A DNA stretch of 57,271 nt, the filler included, from Hydrolagus affinis (Eukaryota): assembly GCA_012026655.1 (NCBI GenBank). It is 4 parts of 4 records of this genome, joined end to end, with 100 filler letters (N's around TTAATTAATTAA, not from the genome) between each part and the next. Parts side by side here need not be neighbours in the genome. Positions count along the whole stretch, not along the records: positions 1 to 14,732 come from JAAILG010018827.1; positions 14,833 to 27,143 come from JAAILG010022123.1; 2 more parts are not named here. One strand, given 5' to 3'. Both the position numbers and the translations under genes were made by a program. This document shows, piece after piece, positions 12,521 through 24,868 of the stretch. Positions within the stretch are counted from its first letter, which is position 1; each line of letters begins with the position of its first letter. Under the pieces are notes generated by a model, which was given only the letters and a program-made list of their open reading frames with translations, did no database searches and was not told where the DNA came from.

Positions 12521-14423
12521 AAACTGGAATCCAGTTGTTCGTCAATTAGTTTACCCAGAGTATATAATTCCCCCAAAATGAACAATAGTAAATGGTCTGT
12601 CAATCTCTGACAGTTTGCTTGTCTGTATTGTGCAAATTGGCTGCAGTTTTTCTCCCATCAAATATAGAGTTAATTCGCTTCACTGTAGATACTGTGATTC
12701 GCTTTCACATATCGTTAATTTGTGATTAGGCACTGTATCACATGAAAAGATTATTATCATCAACAATACTATATATTGGAGGATCAAAATCTACGGCTGA
12801 TAGGCTAGTGTTTTATTATACTCGGAGCTGGCATAAGACACTGGAACGTACAACACATTATTATTTCTATCATTGCACTATGTCACGTTTTAAATCGAAT
12901 ACGAAGACAGAGCTGAACTATTATACGTTGACATAAGAGGGTGCAAAGGCATCGTGTTGATTTTATGACTTCAGATCACGTTAAAACTAATATAGTCGAT
13001 ACACGTATTTTGCGAAATAGTTTGAGACGTATCTAAGACATGAGGGTAACAATAATAATCCTTGTGTTTAGAATAGCGACTGATCACGTCTTCGGTACCC
13101 ACGATAACGGTAGATAAAATACACAATAATGTGAATTGACTGTAATTTTTATGATCGAAGCGCAGCAGCCAAATATGCATAGCGGTGTTCCATGAACAAT
13201 TGTAAATTGAGTGACCTAATCATTGTTATATATTGATTGGTTAACAATGGCTAACCATAGATTGGCCAATCGACCAACAACCGTGTTACTATTTAATGCT
13301 AATTAAACAGAGGCATCAACAGAGGAGTAAATCAGCTTGTCCAACCTTTGGCTTGCTCTAACGCAAACCCATGTCTTGCTTGCCGCGTGAGCGCTCTAAA
13401 CTCTGAGGTATTGGATTCTAAAGGCATCATATCAAGCTGAATAATAGTTGTTGAGTTAGCCCATAGGAATGGTGGTATGAAAGGAATGTTCTATCTGGTT
13501 TGGATATGCTTAAGCCTGGTCATGGGTTTCCACATACGTCCAAGATGAGGTTGACCACAATTGACATGAACAAGCAGATCAACAACAACGATTTGCTTCT
13601 ACATAGAGAGCGTCCTCTATGCCAGACGGTGTCTCGAGCGCTTAAATCGTAGCCGATTATATTCAGTAATAGCTACACAATATGTGTGACCAACTAGCTG
13701 AACTCACATGAATATATGCTGCCTGAATAAACACGCAAAATATTGCAGAGGCTGGAAATCTGAAACAACAGAAATGGCTGGGAACACTCAGCATGTCAGG
13801 GAGCAACTATGGAGAAAGAAAAAATGAGTCAACCTTTCGGATCGTGCTCTCCATCCACCTAACCCGACCCCTACCCTTGCCATTTTCCCCCCTTTTCCCC
13901 CTAATCCCACTGCCATCACTGTTTGTTGGACACGACTGTGCGCAAATTGGCTGCTGCGTTTCGCGATTCTATGGATTTTTGCTCCGATTCCAGCCCAGAT
14001 CCATTGATATCCAGTCTACAACTCGTCGGCTATAACTTCCTCAACTTGAAATCATTCAATGTAATACCATGACTACATACAAATATGGTCTAAAGTCACT
14101 AGTCTTGAGAGTAAATTGTGAGGAACGCTGGAAGTTGATTCATCGTTAAACTGGACTGTAATAACAAATACCAAAAGTATTATTGTTCTTAAACGTCGCC
14201 TGTCGCCAAACTGAATATGCTCAACTAAGATTCGCTCCCCCATCCCTTTCACCAGAGGAAGAACTGTGACTTATCGACATCGCAAGCACACTGATCAGTT
14301 GATGTCCACGTCACAGGAATAGGAAGTGAGGTCATCGCCATTAAGCGTCATCTGTCTCAGTGTTGTATGTCTCAAATCAACACCAATATCTTCACACGTA
14401 ACATCGCAATTTTGGAGTGAGTG

Positions 14424-14475
14424 ATGGCAATGGGGAGATTCAATGGGCGTCTGCCCCTGGTTGCCATTCTAATAG
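14424..14475 (+). CDS. Orphan V-type leader exon; its V exon is not visible and may lie in the gap
   Basis: MAMGRFNGRLPLVAILI with a phase-1 GTAAT donor. Upstream AGGAAGTGAGGTCA resembles an ETS/CRE promoter motif. Confidence 0.55.
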
Positions 14476-14732
14476 GTAATATGGTGTAATATTTGTCATT
14501 TAAACCAGTTTTCAAAACCATTGATTTGTTTATGTATATGTATACTCCTCATTCTGTTAATATTCATAGTAATACTAATGCTTGGACTCGATGAAGCGCT
14601 TTTAACATCGTATCGATGTCTCAAAGCGCTTCACAGAATATACTTTCAAATGAATTGACTGTATATTTGTGGGCGAAACGCGGCAGCCAATTGCGCACAG
14701 CAGTAACACAGAAACAGTCGTGGATTGAAATG

Positions 14733-14832
14733 NNNNNNNNNNNNNNNNNNNNNNNNNNNNNNNNNNNNNNNNNNNNTTAATTAATTAANNNNNNNNNNNN
14801 NNNNNNNNNNNNNNNNNNNNNNNNNNNNNNNN
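14733..14832. other. Assembly gap with artificial six-frame stop linker
   Basis: 44 N + TTAATTAATTAA + 44 N. Confidence 0.95.
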
Positions 14833-15230
14833 GACAGGGCGAACTGCTGGGCAAGTTTCCTTACCTCTTACCTCTAATGCCTCTGTTTACCCGGCAGTAA
14901 GTAGGAGCAGTTGATCACTTTTCAAGGGATAACAATCCTTAAAAATAACTATCATAATTTGGTCACTGGATCTACGACAGTTTGTGGGACACCCTGAGTG
15001 GCGGTCGTGTTTTGTCCACAAATGTACAGTCACTTCACAATATATTCCGTGAAGCGCTTTGATTGGCTAGAAGACATGACAAGCGCTGTATCAAACGGAA
15101 CGATTACTATGATTGTGTTCAGAACTAAAGACAATGAACCAATCATGGAACTAGGAGTTATGTGTTACCGACTGGGCGGGGGGCTCACTGTGAGATGGCT
15201 TAAGTCGCATTGGATTTGACAAATTCCCAG

Positions 15231-16384
15231 AAAACTCAAAGACCTAAATATCAGGAAAGGACAGCGCACACCCAGGTGAGGAACACTAAGTTTAGATATT
15301 AGTCATTTATATCCGAAAACATTTTTGGATTAGAAAATAAAATGGAAAAACAGTTGTTTACCCCAATATTACTGTTGTATTTCACCCTCCTCGAATTGTT
15401 TAATTCCAGTTGCCTGGCTGACTGGCAGATCATGTAATTGGTAGAGTTATACAAACCCTTCACTACTTATCAAAATAATCATTCTTAATATGAATCTTAG
15501 AGACGAGTGATATATGTCCTCAGAAGCACAGCTTTGGAATTTTAGCGATTGTCGACTAACTGAGTTCCCATTTCTCTGTCAGCCTTATGGAAATGTATAG
15601 AAGCTTCTATTAATCCCATCTCAACATGAAAAAGAATTCTTAACTCCTAGTTTTTAAAAAGTAAACATTGTATAGGGAATGCTGGGGATTCTGAAAGCAT
15701 TTATTTGGGAGATTACTGCAGTCTGACAGCATTAATAAATTAGTTACATTTACAAATACTTGCTTTTCTATCCAAAGGGAGCAAACAGGAACAAGCCAAC
15801 ATATGCATCTCTGGATTTCTCTGGCTCTAAGAAAACAGGAAAGGCTAAACCTACCTACAAGAATACGGAATATGCCGAGGTAAGCGTGATAAACCATCTG
15901 GAGCTAAGAGTCAAGATATGTTAAAATACTAGGTGTCAAAGCTGATTATTGGTTTGTGTTAGGCATGCTCCCTATGCATTGCAATCAACATCTCCATTAT
16001 TGCAGCATGTCCAGGATGGTAGAAGACAATTTAGATGGACCTTGGTCTTTTACAAATATCTTCTATCTATCTAATAATATTTATTAACTGAATTATATAT
16101 TTATCACACATTTCATCAATCAATATAGCTGACATGTAACAACAACAAAATTACAGTTGTATAGAATTATAACTAGAAGAAAGACAATCAATGCAATCTT
16201 ATAAGTAGTATAAATATTTAGCAGAGGCGTAAAGTAACTAAAACAAAGATCTCACATTATACTGAACCTTTGTCTTTACTAGGTCAAACAAGGGGCAAAC
16301 AAGCTGACTTATGCTGCTCTGGATTTGAGTAGCTCAACGAAAATGGGAAAACCTAAATCCAACAATATGCAGAGCTACAGATGA
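15231..16384 (+). CDS. 3' cytoplasmic exons of a SIRP-alpha-like inhibitory IgSF receptor (exons 15231-15275, 15778-15879, 16283-16384)
   Basis: AG/GT-bounded phase-0 exons read KTQRPKYQERTAHTQ | GANRNKPTYASLDFSGSKKTGKAKPTYKNTEYAE | VKQGANKLTYAALDLSSSTKMGKPKSNNMQSYR*. The first exon has a weak acceptor and is the least certain. Confidence 0.72.
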
Positions 16385-17805
16385 AAACTACAAACGTATA
16401 ACAAAGATTGTCAAGAGGGAATCAGGATGATGTAACATAGAAGAATCTGTGTCCTTTCTTGCTGCCCCATTGGTATCTCTCAAGCACAACTGTGGCTATC
16501 AATGATTATTTACTTAGTTAAAAAAGGTAGTTACTTATTGGATAAATTATTTTAATGCTTGGCAGTGGATTTTCCCTCCTCTACACATTCCACCTCACAT
16601 GATCATACCACCAGTGCCACTGCCTCCTCTCAGCAAATAGTAGCCTCCATCAGGTAGATCAACACCACCAAAATTCAGAGAGCTATGAGTCATTCCTTCC
16701 CACCCTTGACCTTCAAAAACCTACATTAAGACTTATTAGTTCAGCACTCTATAGGAACTTTTACCTCCTTCCTCATCTATCAATTCAAAACTCTACCCAA
16801 ATTACAGAAATTTTCAATAGTGGTGTAAACAGATTTTATAACATTGTAATAATTTATTAAACATAAATTGTATTGATATCTTCATTACTCATTCTGTCTC
16901 TTCAGTATTAATGAAGTAACATTTGATGTGGTTATTATATGTCTGATTAAGAATATATGGCACCCCTCATCTACCATTGTTACAAGATTAACACGAGGGT
17001 GTTCAAACTGATCAAATACTGTATCTACAAAAAGTTACCTAATAGGAACCATCTAAATTTTTGACTGCATTGATTTTTTATGTCATTATATCATTATATC
17101 AGAAGTTTTCAACTCCTAAAATGAACAGGGTATGCAGTTTTTCAATTATTATGATCTATTATTTAACAGTAAAATGGTTGTGTTTCACTGTATGTGTGAC
17201 TATAGATAGCTATTATGCATATATTAATGCAACAATCGATATGAGCTACAAAACGGGATCTCTTCCATCAAATTTTTAAGTGTTTCCTGGTCCACTATTA
17301 CTAAATTTTCATGTCATGAAAATTTAAAACAATATAATAAATATTTACCATGGCACAGCACATTTCATGTCGGGAAGACATCCTAAAGTCCTCAATGGAC
17401 TTGTCTGTTACCCAAGCTGTGGGTGGGAGTGAAGGGAAGGGCAAAGGTGAATGAAAGGACAGTCAACTAGACTTCAAAGGGACCATGAAACAGGTGAGGG
17501 TGGGAGTGAATCAGAGCAACTTCATGATTGAGTGCCACAGAGTGGACACAGATAGGCTGAAAACCAGATTGCTTCAGTGCTCTGGGTCTGCTACTCACCT
17601 TGTTTAATTATTGCTGATGGAAATTCAGAGATTGGGTGTAGATAATCAATATATTGTGTAAGAGAGTGAACTTTGAATCACTTTATTTATTGGGGGCAAG
17701 TTCGCATTTTGTTCCTGAACTCAAATACTTTACATTGTGGCAATCAGCTCTCAGTAAACCATAAAGAGGCAGGTACTGTACACAGGACACTCAGTAACGA
17801 TGATC

Positions 17806-18450
17806 ATAATAATAATAATCCTTGCAATTGACATGTTGCTTTGCATGTCTTCTAGACGTCTCAAAGCGCTTCACAGAATATACTGTAAAGTGAATTGATT
17901 GTACTTTTGTGGGTGAAATGCAGCAGCCAATTGTGCACAGCAGTATCCCACAAACAGTCGTGGATTGAAATGACCAATTTTATTATTGTTTTTTTTAGGG
18001 ATTATTGTTAGGAGTGTGGAGTAAGGAAACTTGCCCAAGGTTTCACCCTGACCTGCCTGGATTCAAACACAGGTCTCGCGCTTGTGAGGCAAGTGCTCTA
18101 ACCACTGAGCAGCAGGATTCCACTATATAATAAGAATAATAACAATAATAATAATAATCCTTGCATTTGATATAGCGCTTTTCAAATCTTATTGATGTCT
18201 CAAAGCACTTCACAGAATATACTGTAAAATGAATTGAATGTTTATATTTGTGGGTGAAACGCGGCAGCGGATTGTGCATAGCGGTGTCCCACAAACAGTC
18301 ATGGATTGAAATGACAAATTTTTATTACAGTGTTGTGTTTTTTTGGATGGATTAGTATTGGGTAAGGAAACTTACCCAAGGTTTCACCCTGATCTGCCTG
18401 GATTTGAACACAGGTCTCACTCTTGTAAAGCGAGTGCTCTAACCACTGAG
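17806..18450 (-). mobile_element. Two tandem tRNA-derived SINE copies (representative of many copies in the window)
   Basis: Minus-strand head with A-box-like GCTCAGTGGTTAGAGC and B-box-like GTTTGAATCC, a conserved core and an (ATT)n tail. Related copies lie at about 6160-6440, 14560-14732, 26630-26880, 46700-46960 and 52480-53110. Confidence 0.8.
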
Positions 18451-18885
18451 TTACAGGAGCTCCAAATATTTGTACAGTGTCGGCAGGATGTCCTGAAGTG
18501 CTGGACAGTTAAGGATTGGCACCCAAACTGGTGAATGGGATCAAGAGGGGTAAAGGGCAGGGCGGGGAGGGTAGGGGTAGGAGGGTGACCAAAGGCAGAG
18601 TCAAAGAGGAGGGTCTTGAGGCGGGTCTTGAAGGAGGTAATGGTGGAAGGACTGCAGGATGGAGTTCCAACAGGTGGGGACAGAGTGACTGAAGGCCCAC
18701 CCGACAATGGTGGGGCAGATGAGGTGGGGGGAACATGAAGCAGGCTGGAGCCCAATGAGTGCATGGAGTAGACCGGTTGGTAGGGGGGTTAATAGGTCAC
18801 AGAGGTAGTGGGGAGGGTCAGGGGTGGGCAGATGGGGGAAGAGAGAGAGTACATGGAGGGCTTTGATGGTGAGGATCTGGATCTT
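18450..18885 (-). mobile_element. L2-type LINE 3' fragment ending in a hairpin
   Basis: Reverse strand reads SFKTRLKTLLFDSAFG, as in the other L2 3' ends. Confidence 0.7.
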
Positions 18886-19538
18886 GGATGATCCAGATCC
18901 TCACCATGTAACTCCTCCGTTACAACAATATGCCCTCCAGGTAGGGTAGGTCCTTAGAGCGCTTGCAACAGGAGTCAGAGGAATTGCTCCTCCATTATAA
19001 ACAAGCTTCCCCACCCCCCCACATACACACCAGATAAAAAGGCAAGAAGGATTATTAGTACAGTAATAATAATCCTTGCATTTGATGTAACTCTTTTCAG
19101 GTCTTCTAGATGTCTCAAAGCACTTCACAGAATATATTGTAAAGTGAATTGACTGTATATATAATATGTATAATGCTTGCATCTGATAAAGCACCATATT
19201 ATGTTATTGCTCCATCTCAAAGTACTTCACAGGTTATACTGTAAAGTGTAGTGACTGTGTATTTGGGGGGCGAAATGCAGCAGCAATTTGTATACAACAG
19301 TGCCCTACGGTCGCAGTCACAGTTTGAGTGCACAATTTTATTTGAAGGATATTTGGCCAGGGCACCATGAGAGAGAAAATCCTTTCTCTTTTTTAATGTC
19401 CACCTGAACAGGCAGACAGGACCTTTGCTTATTTTCTTCAATTGACAGCACCTCCGACACTATAACCACACAACCCAGGACTGCATTGCAGCTTACACAG
19501 TATAATATACTGTTTCAAAGTATACAGTACTATGTATT

Positions 19539-19882
19539 ATTAATAATAATACTGCATTGATGTCACGATTAATATTGCAACCATTCACTTCTCAGGGTTA
19601 TTGAGGGGTGGGGCTAGAACACACAAACCTTCTGACTCAGAAGAACCAAGGCTTGGCGACTTCAGAGTGTGTGTTGGGGTAACTATTGGAGTCTAACCAA
19701 TAAATCCACTTGCCATTCATATCACTGATCCCTGGCAAGTTTTCCTGCTGCTTGTCCATCTAGGACCACACTACCTGTTAGGACTCGCTTGCAAAGTTAA
19801 CAGAAGCTGAGAAGGGTTATTCCCTGCCCTCAGTGAATGGTTGCAATATTAATCATGACATCAATGCAGTATTATTATTAAT
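19539..19882. repeat. 51-bp inverted repeat pair around a 242-bp spacer (MITE-like or flanks of an inversion)
   Basis: 19539-19589 and 19832-19882 are reverse complements at 50/51 positions. Confidence 0.8.
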
Positions 19883-21289
19883 TCTGCCTATCTCCTCTTT
19901 TCCCATCTCACCGCATGCACCAGGTATGAGAAGCTTTGGGTACTTTTTGTTGTTCAGAGAAGTTAAGCAATCATGTGTGACTATGTTAGACAACCCAGCC
20001 TGGGGCAAAGAATATATCACTTGTTATCACATGTTCTGCTACTGGGTGTGATGAACTCTGCTATTTAAACCTGCATTGGCCTCTATCTCCCTGTTGCTAT
20101 CGTCTGCCGAACACAGGTAAATCTGTCCTGTGTTGTGTTCAGGAAATACCTAGATAGAATGCAGTTCTCAGTGAGATCTCAAAGGACAAAGTTCAAGCAT
20201 AAAAAGCTGATGTTCCTGGAGACCAAAATCGAGAGGATCCGCTGAGCTCTTATCTCCTCTCAAGGCAAGGCACTTCTGCCTCCAGCATTTCACCATTCCT
20301 GCTTCAATTATTTTTACCATGTCTCATGCATCTCGTTCTTCCAGTAGTCCTTTACAAAACCCAGGAATTGCTCCACTAACCGAACTCCCAAACATAGCCA
20401 GACCCCTTTCTCACACCTCTGACAGCTAAAGCTGTAAACTTCTTAGCTTCTTCTCAGCTCAGGCGCTGACTGCATCAATGTATTTCACACCACAGAGTCA
20501 ACCGAGAAACCTACAATCTTGTTTGACCATCAAGTTTGCAGCCTCTGCCCTCTCCCGCACCAAAACCCAACCTATCACCCAAATCCACCGTGGCTTCCCA
20601 CCATTTAAGCAACTTCCTGCAATAGGAATGGCTGGAATGCACCTTTACCCCAGGAATCAGGAGTCTAACTCCCATCTCTGCTTTATTATCCTACCTCACC
20701 ATGATAGAGCGAGCTATTAGTCATTCTGATGCCGCTTCTTGGAACTCCATTCTCTCGGGTTCTTTTCTTTGCTCCCCACATTCAAAGTGCCCCTCAAAAC
20801 CTATTGCTGACCTATCTTTTGGTTCATTTCTTCCTGCCTATTACCAATTCCACCTTCAAATTCCCCACATTTCGATTTACGATACCCAGACAGATATCTA
20901 TAGTGCTTTGGGGTGTCCTCGTATCGTGGATAGCACCTTGGACATGTAAATTGTATCCACTGGTAATTGTATTGCTAATTGTATTGCTGAATGTTCTGCT
21001 GATGTTCAGGTCATTTTCATTCACAAACTATCATCCTGACCAAATACCAACCTGACAAAAGAAAGTTGCATAAACGTTTCTTCCGAAATTCATTTTTTCT
21101 GGTTCGAATAAATCCAAGTTTAAACCCCAGTACACGATGGTCATCAAATAGATTAGAGGGAGCTCAATAATGTTATCCTTTCACCTACATGAAAGTTGAG
21201 GATTCCATTATAATTATTCCTATCTGCACATTAATATCCACTGTAAATTCTTCTTCTGATTTGTAATCCCATCTCTTCTACACACACCC

Positions 21290-23890
21290 TCAAATCCTCT
21301 CAGTACCACTCTCTCCTCCCTCTCCTTCCACCTGGAAACCTACCCGCATTTTCCTTGAAGACGTTCCCTTTCCAACAAAGCCCTCAGTATCCATGACCTC
21401 ATCCTGGATGAGCACATTGACATTCTTGGGCTTATGGAAACTGGCTGTCCTCTAATGACCCCGTCCCTCTAGTCGAAGCCTCCCCTCCAGGCTACACCTT
21501 CCACCACCACACCCCCCGCCCTAGCCTATGTGGTAGTGGGGTGGCCATCATCTCCAAAGCTTCCCTTGGTCTTTCTCCCAATGCCTCTGGCTGTTTGCCC
21601 TCTTTCGAGCACCTCACCCTCTACCATCTATCTCTTTCTCTAAAAAATATTCTGCTCTACTGCCCTCCTAAACCACTTTGGTCCTTCCTCTGATATTTCC
21701 ACTCTCCTCTCCTCCCTGTCCCACAGCTCTGAATACCTGCTCATCATGGGCAACTTCAAACTTCACCTAATCTCCCCCTGCATCACATCCTCCGATTTCA
21801 CTGCCCTCCTCTCCTCCCTAAACCTCACCCTCCATATCAACTCTCCAACCCATAACCATGGCAATGCACTCAACCTTGTCCTCACCCACGGCCTTGACAT
21901 CTCCAACCTCAACATTATGGACAAGGGTATCTTGGAACACTTGCTCACCTCCTTCTCCTCTCACATCTCTCTCTCCTCAACAAGCTCTCAACTGCACTCT
22001 TACACCCATGTAAACAGTCTTCCCCCTGTGACCCTCACAGAGGCCCTCACATCCTCTGACATCTTATCCCTCTGGCCTTCCACCTGCAGAGATGCTAAAG
22101 CAGCCATCCAGCTGTTGCACAATCGCCTCTCCCCCACCTTCAACTCTCTCATTCCCCTGAAGTCCACGATCATCTCCAAACCCACCCGATCGCCCTGGTA
22201 CAACAGTCATCTCCGCTCACAAAAGACATAGTCTCGACAGCTTGAGTGCAGGTGGCAGAAGCCGGGTTGACGGATCACTGCCTGCTGTGGCTCAAGCACC
22301 TCCACAGTTATCGCTATTCATGGTCACGAGCAAAAACAGCTTATTACTCAAACATCATTCTGGAGGGTAAAAACAGCCCCAAAGTCCTCTTTTCCACAAC
22401 CCACCACCTCCTACATGCACCTTCTCAGGCATCCTAAATCTTCACTTCAAATGTGAAGTGCGAGAAGGTCATGGTCTTCTCCTCCAAAATCCACAATATC
22501 CACCTGGCAGCCTCATCCTCCTGCCTCTCATCGCCCACCATCACCACCCACATTCCGTCCCCCTCACCTTCCCCATCATCAGCTTCTATCACTACTCCGT
22601 TCCTACAATCCAGTTTCCGCCCTACCCACAGTACAGAGACTGCGCTTGTGAAAGTCACAAGCAAGTCTCTATCTGTGACCAGGGCTCCCTCTGCCTCCTT
22701 GTCGTCCTGGACTCTTCAGCAACATTCGACACAGTCGACCACGCCATCCTCCTCCACCGCCTCCTCCGTTGTTCACCTCAGTGTGACTGCACTCGCCTGG
22801 TTTGAGTCCTACCTTACAAATCACCGGGAGTATATCGCCACAAATGGCTTTTCCTCCCGCTCTCACTCGGTTAAATGTGGGGTAACCCAAGCATCCATTC
22901 TTGGACCCCTCCTCTTCATAAACTATCCTCTTCCTTCTTGGTGACATCATCTGCAGACATGGGGTACACTACCACATGTATGCGGATGACACCCAATTCT
23001 ATTTTTCCGCCTCACTTTGCGACCCCTTGATGTACTGTCAGCCTGCCTGTCAGACATGAGGAGCTGGATGAGCGTGAATTTCCTGCACCTGTATGTTGAC
23101 AAGACGGAAGACATACTATTTGGCTCTCTTCATCATCTTCATTCACATGGCTCTCACCTCCTCCACCTTCATGACCTGCCCCTAAAACTCTCCAAACTGG
23201 TACGCAACCTTGGCGTCAGGTTCAACCCACAACTGTCCTTCCTCCCCCACATCCGGTCTCTCACCAGCACTGCTTTTTTCCACCTCCGACATTTTGCCCA
23301 TCTTTGGTAATAACTTGCCCCAAAAGCCGCTGAAACTCTGGTCCATGCCTTTGTCACCTCTCAGCTGGACTTTGCAAATCCACTCCTCCACCACAATCCA
23401 TAAAATCCAGCTCAGTCAGAACTCTGACGCCCGCGTTCTCACCCGGACCAAACTTCGCTCCCCCATTACCACAGTCCTTGCCAGATTCACTGGCTCCCTG
23501 TCCCGGAGAGGATCAATTTCAAGATCCTCACTCTTGGCTTCAAATCTCTCCAATCCTCTGCATCCCTTACCTCTCTGACCTCTTCTCTCCCCAAAACAGC
23601 ACCCGTTGCCTTCGCTCCTCCGGTTCAGGTCTCCTCCTCGTCTCCCAAATCCTCCGTTCCACAATCGGCGGCCGTGCCTTCAGCCACTGCGCCCCGAAGC
23701 TCTGGCACTCCCTTCCTCACTCCCTTTGCCTTGCTCCCTCTCTTCCTAGTTTTAGATCTCGGTTAAAGACCTTTCTGTTCGACTGCGCATTGGGTCACCT
23801 TATTCCCCTTCCCCCTGGCACGGACCCGGGGTCCGTTTTTGTGAAGCGCTCTGGAGGGCGCTCCATAAACCAAAGTTGTTGTTGTTGTTG
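21290..23890 (+). mobile_element. Degenerate L2-type LINE ORF2 (AP endonuclease + RT) with 3' tail
   Basis: Endonuclease-like LSIHDLILDEHIDILGLMET at about 21380, RT motifs LLVVLDSSATFDTVDH and HMYADDTQ, and a (GTT)n tail at about 23875-23893. Many stops and frameshifts. Confidence 0.85.
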
Positions 23891-24868
23891 TTGTAATCTC
23901 CTACAGTCAGGAAGTTTCCACCAAGGGAACCTAATTACTAATCAACAATTCTTCCTTACATTGTGTACAAAAAATACAATGACTTTCCGAATATCCCAGA
24001 AATCATTACATAGTTCTACTTGGAGACATACCTTCTTACTCCAATTCTAATATCCTTGACGATCAAAATGAGAATTATTATTACATGTTAGGTTTCCACA
24101 ATGAGTCTTGTTTTAATGCAGCAAATCGTTTCATTGCGAACAAGAACAATCTATTAGGATAATGTTTAATTTCAACTGAACGACATTTGTTCAGCTGTGA
24201 GAAATTTAAACGAACAGAAGTCAGGTTTAAAACTATCACGATTTAGCAACACACAACTTACAGGATTATGAAAAAAATGAACCAAATATCGGATTTGATC
24301 CATAAATTCCTAATTTTTTATAGAATAGTTTGGTTCTTTGGGCGTCCAATGGTTGAAAATACAGTAATTTGTTATAATAATAAGTGATTCTGAATATATT
24401 CAAATATATTTTTAAAATAATTGATTATTTCGATCTACCAGACTAACAATACCCCAATAGCACAACACAATATCTTAATGCATACGTTCTGAAAAGGTCC
24501 CTTCAAATGGCTCTGTTGGAGGGAACTGTTGGGAATGTTCTCCCACGAAATTAAACTTGTTTGTGTACGGTCACGAAAATAACAGTCAGACATTGCACTG
24601 AGGAGCTATACTAGTTAATAGTTCAAAGAGTAATAAAAGATGTATTGGTGTTTCAGATACAGTTCACCTTGTATCGTTATTGGCGTTAAATCATTTTTAG
24701 TCGCTCTTAATGTAGACATCAGTTTTTTATGAAAATGGAAACCAATTGTATTGCTCAATCTGCAGGGGCAGGACGTTAGGCGTCACTGACTTACATTCAT
24801 TTCAGCGTCTGCCACCCCTTGATGCAGACCAGCGGCGGGTCAGATAGTCTCAGACAGTGATCTGAGCC

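Noticed and set aside
13477-13525. Leader-like MKGMFYLVWICLSLVM
   Set aside because: Weak donor (GTTTCC) and no V exon downstream; it may be chance or a decayed relic.
15155-15192. RSS-like motif (GAGTTATGT + 22 bp + CACTGTG)
   Set aside because: The nonamer has three mismatches. The adjacent sequence has no FGxG/WGxG J motif on + and no YYC V end on -. The nearby GTGAG donor is better explained by the 15231-15275 cytoplasmic exon.
23478-24050. 190-aa ORF; likewise 41612-42202 and 21746-22231
   Set aside because: Frames running through decayed L2 LINE sequence.
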